From Flavobacteriales bacterium UBA7878 (lineage in GTDB: Bacteria > Bacteroidota > Bacteroidia > Flavobacteriales > Schleiferiaceae): 64,000 nucleotides of DNA. Position 1 is the stretch's first letter. Every line of letters starts with the position of its first letter. The DNA lies in the NCBI GenBank assembly GCA_002501205.1, contig DLRW01000073.1, positions 48,287 through 112,286 of the forward strand, written 5' to 3'. The notes beneath the pieces were generated by a model. The model saw nothing but the letters and a program-made list of their open reading frames with translations, ran no database searches and was not told the origin of the DNA. Position numbers and translations under genes: made by a program. This document shows positions 43,274 through 53,013 of this stretch, piece by piece.

Positions 43274-44676
43274 TAAGGAGCAACCGTTTGCATTAATAAT
43301 CCACAGAGATAGGCGCCATAGGTTCCTACCGCATAGCCTAAAACTGCAAGTAAAACTCCTACCGGAGCGAGTGAGGGGTGGAAAGCTGCTGCAACCACCG
43401 GAGCCGAGGCCGCACCACCAATATTGGCTTTGGAGCCCACTGCCAGGAAGAAGAAGGGGGCTCGAATAATTTTTCCAACGATAAAGAGTAAGCCAACGTG
43501 AATAGCCATCCAAACTAATCCAACCAGGAAGAGCCCGGGGTTTTCAAATATGCCCATGATGTTCATTTTCATACCGATGGTTACCACCAGAATGTAAATG
43601 AAAACCGAACCCACTTTGGAGGCCCCTGCACCTTCATAATTACGAAGGGAGGTAAAGGACATGATAATACCGGCCGTGGTAGCCAAAACGATTAACCAGA
43701 AAAAGCCACTTCCCAAGCTAAAAGTTTCGGCTAAGAAGGGAGAAGCTTCGGCGATGGCCGGAGCGATAATATCAGAGAGTAAATGGGCCAGTCCCGTTAG
43801 GCCAAAAGCGATCCCTAGAATCACAAAAAGGTCGATAGTTGTAGCGATACGCGAAATGCGGGACGAAAATTCCTGCATGTGATTCTTAAGCGCAGTAACG
43901 GCTGAGGCGTCGGCCTTGAAAAATTTGTCAATCTTATCGGACTTACCCACTCCTAAGAGGAGGAAGAACATCCAGATCTCGGCAACGATCACATCTACGG
44001 TAATCATCACCGAATAAATCTTGCCAGAAATAGCTCCATTTTCACCAAAAACTTCGAACATGGCAGCCTGGTTTGCGCCACCTCCAATCCAACTACCGGC
44101 AATGGTGGTCATACCGCGCCAAATTTCATCGCTGCCAGCTCCAACTACATCCGGGGCCACCGCACCAAAAAACAAGAGTGCTAAGGGGCCACCGATAATA
44201 ACCCCTAAGGTTCCGGTTCCAAACATGATGAGAGCTTTAGGCCCTAAGCGGAATACTTCTTTAAGGTCGATACTTAAGGTAAGCAGGATTAAACTGGCCG
44301 GTAACAAATAACGAGAGGCCATAAAGTAAAGCTGCGACTTGCCCATAAAGGGTTTTAGTAGGGCCACATCAACTTCCTGATTGATCACAAAGTTTTTAAA
44401 GGCCTTAAAACTATTTAAGCCATCAACGGCATAGCCTTGCTCTAAAAGAAAGGCCTTGGCGGCTGTAACATCGATCCACTGCGGGGAAATAATTCCCAGG
44501 GTACTGAATACCGATGGAAGGAAATAACAAAGTAAAAGGGTGGGTATTACCGCATAAAACTTCTTGAAGGCCGGCATTTCGCTACTGCGAAAAATAAAGA
44601 GTAATAGGGCCATCAGGATGCCAAATACCACGGCATCATTGGTGATTAAGGGAATATCCGAAACGACTTCTTCCAT
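43273..44676 (-). CDS. Polytopic membrane protein (DUF819-like)
   Basis: About 467 aa from the ATG at 44676 (a TTG at 44700 is also possible), with many TM helices and the SWIGGGANQAAM motif. The stop TAA overlaps the ATG of the peptidase gene (TAATG). Confidence 0.6.
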   Translation of the reverse strand: MEEVVSDIPLITNDAVVFGILMALLLFIFRSSEMPAFKKFYAVIPTLLLCYFLPSVFSTLGIISPQWIDVTAAKAFLLEQGYAVDGLNSFKAFKNFVINQEVDVALLKPFMGKSQLYFMASRYLLPASLILLTLSIDLKEVFRLGPKALIMFGTGTLGVIIGGPLALLFFGAVAPDVVGAGSDEIWRGMTTIAGSWIGGGANQAAMFEVFGENGAISGKIYSVMITVDVIVAEIWMFFLLLGVGKSDKIDKFFKADASAVTALKNHMQEFSSRISRIATTIDLFVILGIAFGLTGLAHLLSDIIAPAIAEASPFLAETFSLGSGFFWLIVLATTAGIIMSFTSLRNYEGAGASKVGSVFIYILVVTIGMKMNIMGIFENPGLFLVGLVWMAIHVGLLFIVGKIIRAPFFFLAVGSKANIGGAASAPVVAAAFHPSLAPVGVLLAVLGYAVGTYGAYLCGLLMQTVAP

Positions 44677-44724
44677 GGGCGTGTTTTCTTTGGAGCCCAA
44701 ATGTAAGGATTGCCGTTGAAGGGT

Positions 44725-47037
44725 CTACTGCTCGCCGCTTTTCGAACCGGGCTTTGCTGGATTTTGCGCTTTCCTCCTTTTAGCTTGAGGTGCTTTTTGC
44801 TTCTTTCCCTCGGTTTGAGCGGCTTGCTTATCCTTGGCTTGGGCGTTTTCGGCCTTGCCAGTATTAGGCTTGCGGAAATTCTTCTGCCTTTGTTTTTTTC
44901 GAGGCTTCTGACCCAATGGTGCATCGGCACGCACAAATTTGCTGCGCTCCATCAAGGCGGTCATATTTCCACCCAGAGCCAATAGAAATTTGTCGCCTTT
45001 TTGTTCCAAAATGCTGCCCTTAATACCCGATTCGAGGATGCGCACCTCCATACCCATCTTAACCTCTTCCTGAAGGTAGCGGTCTAAGTCTTTGTGGTGT
45101 TGTTTTACTTCCTTGCGGTGACTTTTTTGCTCTTCCACTTCCACTTCGCCAGAGCGCTGGTTAAGCATTGCAATAAAGCGAGCTACAATGGCCTTTTTAT
45201 CTTTTTGGGATTTTTGATCCATCCAGCTATCAATAAGCTTTTGGAATCTCTGTCCCCAGTACATCAAGCGATCTTGCTCCTCATTAATGCGGCTATGCTT
45301 CTGTACTTTCTCTTCTAATTTCAAGATGCGATCCTGCTGCACCCTTTCTAGCTTGCGGAGCTTTTGCAATTCTTTTTCCTGAGCGGTACGCACTTTTTCA
45401 ATTGCCACCTTATCCTGCTGAATTTGCACCAAGAGCTTATCCACTTCCAGGGTGTTTTGCTGCACCCGACCGCGGGCATCATCAATTAAATGACTGGGAA
45501 TACCGCTGCGCTGGGCTACTTCGAAGGTGTAGGAGCTACCCGGTTGCCCGATTTGCAATTCGTAGCGAGGATCGAAAGATTTTTGATCGAACAGCATGGC
45601 GCCGTTTACCACTCCGGGCATTTCAGCGGCCAGGGCTTTAATTGCATTAAAGTGAGTCGTGATGATGCCATAGGCCCCATAAGCATTGAGTCGATCGAGG
45701 AATACCTGAGCAAGAGCCGAACCCAATTCGGGATCCGAACCACTACCAAACTCATCAATCAGCAATAAGGTCGACGAATCCGTGTAGGTGAGGAAGTGAT
45801 CCATCTTTTGCAGCTTGGAGCTATAGGTGCTCAGCTCATTCTCGATACTCTGGGCATCGCCAATGTCGCCCAGCAATTGATCAAAGAGGCAAAATTGGCT
45901 GTCGGGGTGCACCGGAATTGCCAGGCCACTTTGGAGCATAATCTGCAAGAGTCCCACCGTTTTAAGGGAAAGAGACTTTCCTCCGGCATTAGGTCCACTG
46001 ATTACCAGAATCCGTTGCTCCGCATCGAGCATTAAGTCGAGAGGAACCGTGCTCTTATTTTTCTCCTTATTGAAATGTCTTAATACCGGATTATAGGCAT
46101 CCTTAAGGAGGATTTTCTTTTCAGATAAAATTTCCGGGTAGCAGGCTTCTTGTTGGTAGGCGAATATAGCTTTGGCCCGACTGAGATCTAACCATACCAG
46201 GGTTTTACATACGGCATCCAGATAATCATGATAGGGGCTAAGGTCGGTGCTTAATTGCCTTAAGATGCGTTTGATCTCCTCCTTTTCCGCTTCCAGAAGT
46301 TCTGAAATCTCATTATTGATTTCTACTGTTTCTCCCGGTTCAATATAGGCGATACTGTGTTTGCTGGAGCTGCCGTGTAAAATCCCTTGAATTTGTCCTT
46401 TATAAGAAGCGACAATGGCCAATACCCGGCGCGATTCGGATACACTTTCATCAAAATCGGCGATATAACCCTTGTCGCGGTATTTCTTTAAAATGCGGTT
46501 AAAGATGCGATCAGCAGAAGCTCTTTTTCGGGTAAGCTCCCGGCGGATATGGCTTAATTCGGCTGAGGCCGAGGAGCGAACCTGAGCCCTTTCATCCAAA
46601 ACCTTATCAATCGCCTCTATCACAAATTTTTCAGGAAGCAAATATTCCAGTGGTGCCCAAATTGCAGGCAAACGTTCTTGTTTATTGGCAACAAACTGGT
46701 GTATATGGCGGTAATTAATCGCCATGCTGCGGATATCTGCAAATTGCTCTTCGCGTAAAGCGTGACCTCTAACCTTTAATTTGCTTAGAAATTCACTTAA
46801 CTCAGGATGCTCCGCACTGGGAAAGCTCTCGTCGCTCAATAATAAGGACAGTATTTGATCACTTTCCGCAATCTTTTGCGCTAGTAAATCGGCCTGTGGC
46901 TCGGGCTTTAAGTCCAGGGCCAGGTCTTTGGCTTTGCGACTGGAGCAATAACGAGCTAGCTCTCGCTGTATAAAAGGAAAGTCTAAAGCTTGGGCCAGAT
47001 CAGGAGGATAGAGCTGCAAAAGGGAAATTTTTGGCAA
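44725..47037 (-). CDS. mutS2: MutS2-family protein (MutS domain V ATPase) without recognisable Smr domain
   Basis: Walker A GPNAGGKS, plus DEFGSGSDP and TTHF motifs. The C-terminus is a small beta-rich segment followed by a K/Q/A-rich tail. The start codon appears to be TTG at 47037. Confidence 0.8.
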   Translation of the reverse strand: MPKISLLQLYPPDLAQALDFPFIQRELARYCSSRKAKDLALDLKPEPQADLLAQKIAESDQILSLLLSDESFPSAEHPELSEFLSKLKVRGHALREEQFADIRSMAINYRHIHQFVANKQERLPAIWAPLEYLLPEKFVIEAIDKVLDERAQVRSSASAELSHIRRELTRKRASADRIFNRILKKYRDKGYIADFDESVSESRRVLAIVASYKGQIQGILHGSSSKHSIAYIEPGETVEINNEISELLEAEKEEIKRILRQLSTDLSPYHDYLDAVCKTLVWLDLSRAKAIFAYQQEACYPEILSEKKILLKDAYNPVLRHFNKEKNKSTVPLDLMLDAEQRILVISGPNAGGKSLSLKTVGLLQIMLQSGLAIPVHPDSQFCLFDQLLGDIGDAQSIENELSTYSSKLQKMDHFLTYTDSSTLLLIDEFGSGSDPELGSALAQVFLDRLNAYGAYGIITTHFNAIKALAAEMPGVVNGAMLFDQKSFDPRYELQIGQPGSSYTFEVAQRSGIPSHLIDDARGRVQQNTLEVDKLLVQIQQDKVAIEKVRTAQEKELQKLRKLERVQQDRILKLEEKVQKHSRINEEQDRLMYWGQRFQKLIDSWMDQKSQKDKKAIVARFIAMLNQRSGEVEVEEQKSHRKEVKQHHKDLDRYLQEEVKMGMEVRILESGIKGSILEQKGDKFLLALGGNMTALMERSKFVRADAPLGQKPRKKQRQKNFRKPNTGKAENAQAKDKQAAQTEGKKQKAPQAKRRKAQNPAKPGSKSGEQ

Positions 47038-47197
47038 AATAAAGACAGTTTAGCCGGATTATGGCCTTTGAAAGCCAGTAAATAGCAATTTGCTTTATCG
47101 GGCCGAAGGGTTAATTCACAGTGAGAGAATGACGATCTAACGAAGATTTATGTGCAGCCTAAGCTCAGATTCTACTTTTCGGGAAAATTCCAAGATT

Positions 47198-47980
47198 ATG
47201 GCAAGCTTAATCCCACTTTTAAACCAGTCCCTAGGTGGTTATCTCCGTGAAGTACTGGCGGCTTATCGGGCGAAAGCCTATCCCAAAACCACGCATACCG
47301 AGCGCTTTGTTCTATTTGGCAGAGGACGCACCGGAAGTACCTTATTAAGTGATTTGCTAAATCAGAGTAGTGATATTGATTGCGATAAGGAGATTTATAA
47401 TCGCAAGGTGCTTTTTCCAAAATTATTCTTGAAGCACCGCAATCGCGTTTTTAGAAGTAAGGTCTATGGCTTTAAATTACTTTCCTACCAATTGCGGGAA
47501 AAGCTAGGCCAGGAAGATGGTCGGGATTTCTTAAAATATTTGGTGGAGAAGCAGGGCTATAAATTGATTTATCTAACTCGGGATAATTTGGTGCGCCAAA
47601 CCTTATCTAAGCATTACGCCCGTTTTCGGATGTCTTGGCATGAAACCCAAAGTTTAAAAAGTCGCCCTAAAATGAGAGTGGATATTCCCGCTTTTATGGC
47701 TGAACTCCGCGCGGGTAAGGAGCTGGAGCAATATGAAGAGAAATGTTTGGAAGGATTGCACTACTTCAAGGTTTCCTATGAAAAGGATTTAATGAAGGCC
47801 TCAGACCGAATTAAATTAGTAGATCGCTTGTACCATTATTTGGGTGTACGCCTCTTTAAACCCCAAAGCCGCTTAAAGCGAATTAGCGCGGATCATATTG
47901 GGGACTATGTGGAAAACTGGGAGGCTCTAAAACAATGTTTGGTCTATACCGAATTTGCGGAGGATCTTAAAAAATGTTAA
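47198..47980 (+). CDS. PAPS-type sulfotransferase (Stf0-like)
   Basis: The ATG at 47198 is the likely start. It has the 5'-PSB loop FGRGRTGSTLLSDLL and the 3'-PB motif YLTRDNLVRQTLS. Confidence 0.65.
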   Translation: MASLIPLLNQSLGGYLREVLAAYRAKAYPKTTHTERFVLFGRGRTGSTLLSDLLNQSSDIDCDKEIYNRKVLFPKLFLKHRNRVFRSKVYGFKLLSYQLREKLGQEDGRDFLKYLVEKQGYKLIYLTRDNLVRQTLSKHYARFRMSWHETQSLKSRPKMRVDIPAFMAELRAGKELEQYEEKCLEGLHYFKVSYEKDLMKASDRIKLVDRLYHYLGVRLFKPQSRLKRISADHIGDYVENWEALKQCLVYTEFAEDLKKC

Positions 47981-48029
47981 ACGAACAAATAGACAGGCCT
48001 GCTGTTGTGAGGCAACAAAACAGGTAAAA

Positions 48030-48452
48030 ATGCGCGTGAAACCCACTAAGAAAGAATATGCCGGTCAGGAGGTGACTATCATCTGGCAGGCCCATAAATG
48101 CATACATTCCGAGCGCTGCTGGCGCAATTTACCCGAAGTATTTCGTTATGGACAAAGACCTTGGGTAGACCCCGATGGGGCGGAAGGAAATAAAATTCGC
48201 CATCAAATAGAGCAATGTCCCTCCGGGGCCCTCACTTATGTGGGTCAGGAAAAGGGTCTATCTATGGAAGATGGAGATTTAAAAGCCAAGGTTATTCCCA
48301 ATGGACCCATTATGGTACAGGGTAGTATTAAGTTTAGCCATGCTGATGGTAGTAGTTCTATAGAAAAGAACCCGGTTTTGTGTCGCTGTGGCGGATCGGC
48401 CAACAAGCCCTTCTGCGATGGCACGCATAAGCGAATCGGTTTTGAAGGATAA
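48030..48452 (+). CDS. Iron-sulfur protein: divergent 4Fe-4S mono-cluster domain fused to a CDGSH domain
   Basis: The ATG at 48030 is the likely start. The N-terminal region is CIHSERCWRNLPEVF...PW..P......I...IEQCPSGAL. The C-terminal CRCGGSANKPFCDGTH matches CxCx2(S/T)x3PxCDG(S/A/T)H exactly. Confidence 0.8.
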   Translation: MRVKPTKKEYAGQEVTIIWQAHKCIHSERCWRNLPEVFRYGQRPWVDPDGAEGNKIRHQIEQCPSGALTYVGQEKGLSMEDGDLKAKVIPNGPIMVQGSIKFSHADGSSSIEKNPVLCRCGGSANKPFCDGTHKRIGFEG

Positions 48453-48455
48453 TAA

Positions 48456-48480
48456 AAAGGGCCCCATTTCGGGGCCCTTT
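48456..48480. terminator. Bidirectional rho-independent terminator between convergent genes
   Basis: aaagggcccc / ggggcccttt 10-bp stem with a 5-nt loop. Confidence 0.85.
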
Positions 48481-48485
48481 CCATT

Positions 48486-50837
48486 TTAGAAATTGTAGCG
48501 TAACTCAATCCCTCCATAGCTGTTTAAGCGATCCGGAGCGGGTAAGTAGGCATCCGCTAATTGGTTTACAAAAACCATATAGTAATAGCGGCTGCTAAGC
48601 TTATTATTTAAGCCCACAAAGACATGCAGGTTAAAGCCTGCCGGTAAGGCAACCTTATAGCCCGCCTTTAAATTGAGCACATCAAAAGCCTCGGTTTCAT
48701 TGGCGCCATCCGAAGTAATATTCATGGCACCTTGATGACGTAGACTTAGTTTGGTATACCAACCGGCGGTACCTTGAATGTCAATCCCCACATTATAGCT
48801 TAGGGGACTTACGCCGGCTACTGTCTGACCATCGTACACTTCGGTCACGGCCTGACTGGCACCACGGGGTACCCCTTCATAGTAGAAATCGCGGTAAACG
48901 AAATCATTGGCAGTTACATTGGCCCAAGGCTGTACATGCTTAAAGATGCGGTTTTTGGAGCCTATAATCTCATAGCGCACGCTGGCTTCCAGTCCTTGAT
49001 TATCCTGCCCGCCGGCATTAATCAAATAAGTATAGGCGGTGGTAACACTATCTAATGGCACTGCAAGGGAGGTCATCTTATTACGGAATAGGGTGCTAAA
49101 GGCTGCTATCTGGAAATTGAGTCGGCCATTGAGCAAATTCCCTTGCGCCCCAATTTCAAATTGACTGCCACTTTCGGGTACCAGATCAGTATTCAGTTCA
49201 CCGGTTGCGCCGATAATAATATTCCCACTTAAGGGTGTTTTATAGGAACGATTATAAGAAGCAAAGAGGCTCCATTTTTTAGCAAAGCTCTTACGCAGAG
49301 CAATATGGGGCGACCAGTAATTTTTGTAATCTACCTGATAGCGTGGATCCAAATCATTACCATTTTGGTACATGCGATTTTCGAGGTCGATGCTTAAGGA
49401 GCTTAAGCTGATCCCGGCTTCGAAAGACCAATTGTGAGGCATTTGCAATTCCCATTGACTGAAGTACACCTGATTTTGATTGCGAACAAATTGATTGCTC
49501 TTTAAAGTTCCCACGATATTATAGCGAGAGGGATAAAGGCTATCCTCAACCATACTATGGCTTAAGGCATGGTTGCGCTGAAACTGAATTTCAATACCGG
49601 TATGTCCAGAAAGCAGGTAGTCTTCGGCCAGTTTAAAAGAGCTTCCAAAATCACTGCGCAGTCCAAAATTAATGGGCTGCTCATCATTCCAACCGCCGGC
49701 AGAACTCGAGGTGCTGCTAGCTCCAGATCCAAAAACGGTGGTTTGATTATTCCAGTGGCTATTGAATTGATAGTGATTGCTAAGCCCGAAACGAAGGCGC
49801 TCAACTTTGGTGTGCGCGTTATTCTTGATATAACGGGCGTTTCCGGTATTGTCTCCTGCTTCAAACTGGGCGATGGTGAGCTCTCCACCTCTTTCATCGT
49901 AACTATCGCTATATCCGAAATAAGTTTCTACTCGTTGTTTGGCCGAAATACGGAAGGAGCCAACCCAATTCACAAAGTCTTTGCGAGAGGCGGTATGCTC
50001 CATATAGCCATCCGCTTTTTGATGACCATAGTTTAAAAGCCAGGAGCCATTTTCGGTACCTCGGGCAATGGTGGTGGTATAGCGCTGCAAACCAAACTCA
50101 CCAATGATAGCACTTTGCTGTACATAGCTTTCGCCTTCCTTGGCGGGAAGAATGCTGAGATTAATCGCTCCGGCAATGGCGAAACCATATTTAGAGCCGG
50201 CCGGTCCTTTTTGGATATTCACCGCACTAATGCTGGCGAAGTCAATATCATCCAAAACGGTTAAGCCTTCAGCGTTTGTAAGGGGAATACCATTTAAATA
50301 CACCTTGGTTCCCTGGGTATTGAAGTTATTGCTGGCACCACGGAAACCTACGCCATTACCATACCCCCGGATATTGAACTGTTGGCCACCGGATACAGTA
50401 CGACGCCACATATTAACACCCGGAACATGGGTATTAATGGCTTCGTCCATAAAGAGGCCTTTGCCCATTTGTAATTCGCGAGGATCGAGGTTTTGCACCG
50501 CCTGACTTTCCTGATAGCTGGCCTTGCGAGGCGCACTTACCTCTACCATAGGTAATTCCTCGCTTGAGGCTAAAAGGGCTATTTCGTAGAACTGATTACA
50601 ATCATCAATTTCTACGGTTTGGGTGATAAAGTCAGGGTGGCTAATGCGAATTTCAGCACTGCAGTTTAGGCTAAAGAGACCTTCTTTATCACTGCGTACC
50701 TCTTGACCATCGGCATTACTTATCAGCACTCCGGCCAGGGGCTGGCGATTTTCCGCGTCGCTGATGCGGCCACGGACATTCTGTGCGAAGCTCAAAATAG
50801 GACTGAGCAACAACACTATTAATAGTAATCGTTTCAT
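48486..50837 (-). CDS. TonB-dependent outer-membrane receptor
   Basis: The ATG at 50837 gives signal peptide MKRLLLIVLLLSPILSFAQ. It has a carboxypeptidase-regulatory-like N-domain (VRGRISDAENRQPLAGVLIS), a plug, a long beta-barrel, and a C-terminal ...GIELRYNF. Confidence 0.9.
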   Translation of the reverse strand: MKRLLLIVLLLSPILSFAQNVRGRISDAENRQPLAGVLISNADGQEVRSDKEGLFSLNCSAEIRISHPDFITQTVEIDDCNQFYEIALLASSEELPMVEVSAPRKASYQESQAVQNLDPRELQMGKGLFMDEAINTHVPGVNMWRRTVSGGQQFNIRGYGNGVGFRGASNNFNTQGTKVYLNGIPLTNAEGLTVLDDIDFASISAVNIQKGPAGSKYGFAIAGAINLSILPAKEGESYVQQSAIIGEFGLQRYTTTIARGTENGSWLLNYGHQKADGYMEHTASRKDFVNWVGSFRISAKQRVETYFGYSDSYDERGGELTIAQFEAGDNTGNARYIKNNAHTKVERLRFGLSNHYQFNSHWNNQTTVFGSGASSTSSSAGGWNDEQPINFGLRSDFGSSFKLAEDYLLSGHTGIEIQFQRNHALSHSMVEDSLYPSRYNIVGTLKSNQFVRNQNQVYFSQWELQMPHNWSFEAGISLSSLSIDLENRMYQNGNDLDPRYQVDYKNYWSPHIALRKSFAKKWSLFASYNRSYKTPLSGNIIIGATGELNTDLVPESGSQFEIGAQGNLLNGRLNFQIAAFSTLFRNKMTSLAVPLDSVTTAYTYLINAGGQDNQGLEASVRYEIIGSKNRIFKHVQPWANVTANDFVYRDFYYEGVPRGASQAVTEVYDGQTVAGVSPLSYNVGIDIQGTAGWYTKLSLRHQGAMNITSDGANETEAFDVLNLKAGYKVALPAGFNLHVFVGLNNKLSSRYYYMVFVNQLADAYLPAPDRLNSYGGIELRYNF

Positions 50838-50942
50838 TGATTCATTTTTTAAGACCTGCAGACCTATAGCCATAGCAAGCCCAGCCCTTTTCCAAGGGCG
50901 ATAATTGGAAAAACGGAAACAGATTCGCGTTAAGGCGGATAT

Positions 50943-51560
50943 TTAGGCCGGAAATTCGGGGGGTGGAGTTTCGACTCCTAAGTATTTCTCCAATAAGGGA
51001 GAAGCTCCAGGCAAAGATGGGTGGAGCTTAGATTCAATTTGACACTTGGGGCTTTCGGCGTAGAAGATGAGAAAGAGGTCGCTGAGCATCAATTGAGTTA
51101 TTTGACGTTCCTCCTTAGCGGGCCCGGAATGGTATTGTAAGCGACAGATTTGGTCTAGCTGTACAAAGAGCGCTTCTTCTTCACGGTCTTCGATACACCA
51201 AAGAATACGCTCTGAGGGGTAATTTTCTGCGCGTACTATATCGTACATGCTGCCCTTATAACGCACTTCATGGTCGTTTACCCAGTGAAACTCTAGGGCA
51301 TTTTCACCGGTGATTTTAAGGGCATGCAGTTCCTTTTTCGGAACGCCGGATTTTATCCGAGTCTTAACCGCTCTGCGGATTTGCTGGCGCTGAATTTGAA
51401 AAAAAAGACCATTCCCACCGATGTGAAACAGCAGTAAAAAGACCAGGAATAGGCCTGCAATTTTGGGTATGATTTCGGTCCTCTGCAAATCTTCGCCAAG
51501 AAAGTGAAAAACCCCGGAAGATACCAATGGCTCAGCTCCCGGGGTCCCCCATCCAAACAA
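50943..51560 (-). CDS. Hypothetical single-pass membrane protein downstream of the efflux operon
   Basis: 205-aa ORF that starts (TTG) 7 nt after the outer-membrane factor stop. It has one TM helix (IAGLFLVFLLLFHIGG). No family is recognised and the start is uncertain. Confidence 0.4.
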   Translation of the reverse strand: MFGWGTPGAEPLVSSGVFHFLGEDLQRTEIIPKIAGLFLVFLLLFHIGGNGLFFQIQRQQIRRAVKTRIKSGVPKKELHALKITGENALEFHWVNDHEVRYKGSMYDIVRAENYPSERILWCIEDREEEALFVQLDQICRLQYHSGPAKEERQITQLMLSDLFLIFYAESPKCQIESKLHPSLPGASPLLEKYLGVETPPPEFPA

Positions 51561-51567
51561 TTATGAC

Positions 51568-52995
51568 TTATTGCCATCCTCCACCCAGGGTTTGGTATAG
51601 CACCACCTGAGCGATTAATTGTTCTTTCTTCGTTTCTATTAATTCAAATTTGGACTCCAGCGCATCACGTTGGGTCATTAATACCTCCATATAATCAGCG
51701 CGAGCCGATTTAAACAGATCATTAGAAATGGTAATCGATTCGTTCAAAGCATCCACTTCCAGTGATTGGAATTTCAGGCTCTCATTGAGATTCGTAATCT
51801 TCGAAACCTGATTGGAAACCTCGAGATAGGCCTGCAGCAACTGCATTTCGTAGCGATAAGCCATTTCAATTTGAGTGGCCGATGCATTGGCATAGGAGGC
51901 CTTAAGTGCTCTTCGGTTTATAAGGGGGGCACTCAAATCACCAGCCAAATTGTAGAGCATAGACTCGGGACCAGTTACCAGGTAACTGGCATTAAAAGCC
52001 TGCATGCCTAAGCCAGCACTCAGATCTAAGGAAGGATAGAATTGGGCTCTGGCTACTTTCACTTGTAGTTCGGCCGCTTCTAATTCTCTCTCTGCTTCGC
52101 GGATATCTGGACGATTCGCCAATAGATCTACCGGCTTACCATAATGAATTTCCGCGGGCTTAATATTGAGGAGTTCCTCGGAGCTACGGCGGATAGGTCC
52201 AGGATAGGAGCCTAATAGGAAATGCAATTTATTTTCGGTTTCCCGAATTTGCTGAAGCACACCAAAGCGCAGACTCTTAGTACGGAGTACCTGAGCTTCA
52301 AATCGACGTACCGCCAACTCATTCACCTTGGAGGCGATTTTTTGAAGCTTCACAATTTCCAGCGCATTATTCTGCAGGGCGATGTTGCGATCCAGAATTT
52401 TAAGCTGGTTATCTAAAGCCAATAGCTCATAATAGCTGGAGGCGATTTCAGCGATAAGTTCGGTTTGCATAAAGTGACGCCCTTCGATGCTGGCCATGTA
52501 TTCAGCTACGGCGGCATCTTTTGCATCATGCAATTTGTGCCAGATATCAATTTCCCAGGAGGCAGTGGCCCCGAAAAGTAAATCGGGCACCGGATCCGGC
52601 ATAGCACGTCCGGGAGCAATATCAGTAGTTGCCTCATTAGCCCCAAGCGGGGTATAACGAGCGGTTTTGTCTACTCCGGCTCCGGCCTGTACGCCAGCAA
52701 AGGGAAGGTATTCCCCCTTACGGGCCAGGATTTCGTTATTGCGGCGCGCCATTTCCTGGAGATTGATATTGAATTCCTGATTGTACTTTAAGGCGGTATC
52801 AATCAGGGCTACCAAATTGCTATCCTGGAAAAATTCGCGCCAGGCAATTTGGGCGCTATTCAGGGTATCGGTCTCAGCCTGAAAACTTTCAGGTACTGTC
52901 CGGTTCTCTTCTTTTAGCTCATGCACGGGGGCACAGCTAAAAAGCAGTAGAGCCGGTAAGCTGAGAACTAGAATTCGTTTTGCTGTATTTTTCAT
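51568..52995 (-). CDS. Outer-membrane efflux factor (TolC/NodT-family lipoprotein)
   Basis: Lipobox LLLFSCAP. Length is 475 aa, with the two-repeat coiled-coil/beta pattern typical of OEP proteins. It sits in an operon with RND and MFP genes. Confidence 0.85.
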   Translation of the reverse strand: MKNTAKRILVLSLPALLLFSCAPVHELKEENRTVPESFQAETDTLNSAQIAWREFFQDSNLVALIDTALKYNQEFNINLQEMARRNNEILARKGEYLPFAGVQAGAGVDKTARYTPLGANEATTDIAPGRAMPDPVPDLLFGATASWEIDIWHKLHDAKDAAVAEYMASIEGRHFMQTELIAEIASSYYELLALDNQLKILDRNIALQNNALEIVKLQKIASKVNELAVRRFEAQVLRTKSLRFGVLQQIRETENKLHFLLGSYPGPIRRSSEELLNIKPAEIHYGKPVDLLANRPDIREAERELEAAELQVKVARAQFYPSLDLSAGLGMQAFNASYLVTGPESMLYNLAGDLSAPLINRRALKASYANASATQIEMAYRYEMQLLQAYLEVSNQVSKITNLNESLKFQSLEVDALNESITISNDLFKSARADYMEVLMTQRDALESKFELIETKKEQLIAQVVLYQTLGGGWQ

Positions 52996-53013
52996 GATCT
53001 TAATTCTTAAGGC

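Noticed and set aside
43274-43513. 80-codon N-terminal extension of the M28 peptidase ORF
   Set aside because: It overlaps the C-terminus of the upstream DUF819-like gene in another frame. The signal peptide starts at the ATG at 43273.
44646-44985. ORFs 44646..44936 (-) and 44710..44985 (+)
   Set aside because: They are alternative-frame and antisense readings of the lysine-rich, low-complexity tail region of MutS2.
48245-48517. Minus-strand ORFs 48245..48517 and 48279..48467
   Set aside because: They are antisense to the motif-perfect CDGSH protein gene and run across the bidirectional terminator.
50838-50942. Possible cobalamin or other riboswitch upstream of the TonB-dependent receptor
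   Set aside because: The spacer is only 105 nt, with no B12-box-like sequence or other riboswitch core that I could recognise by eye.
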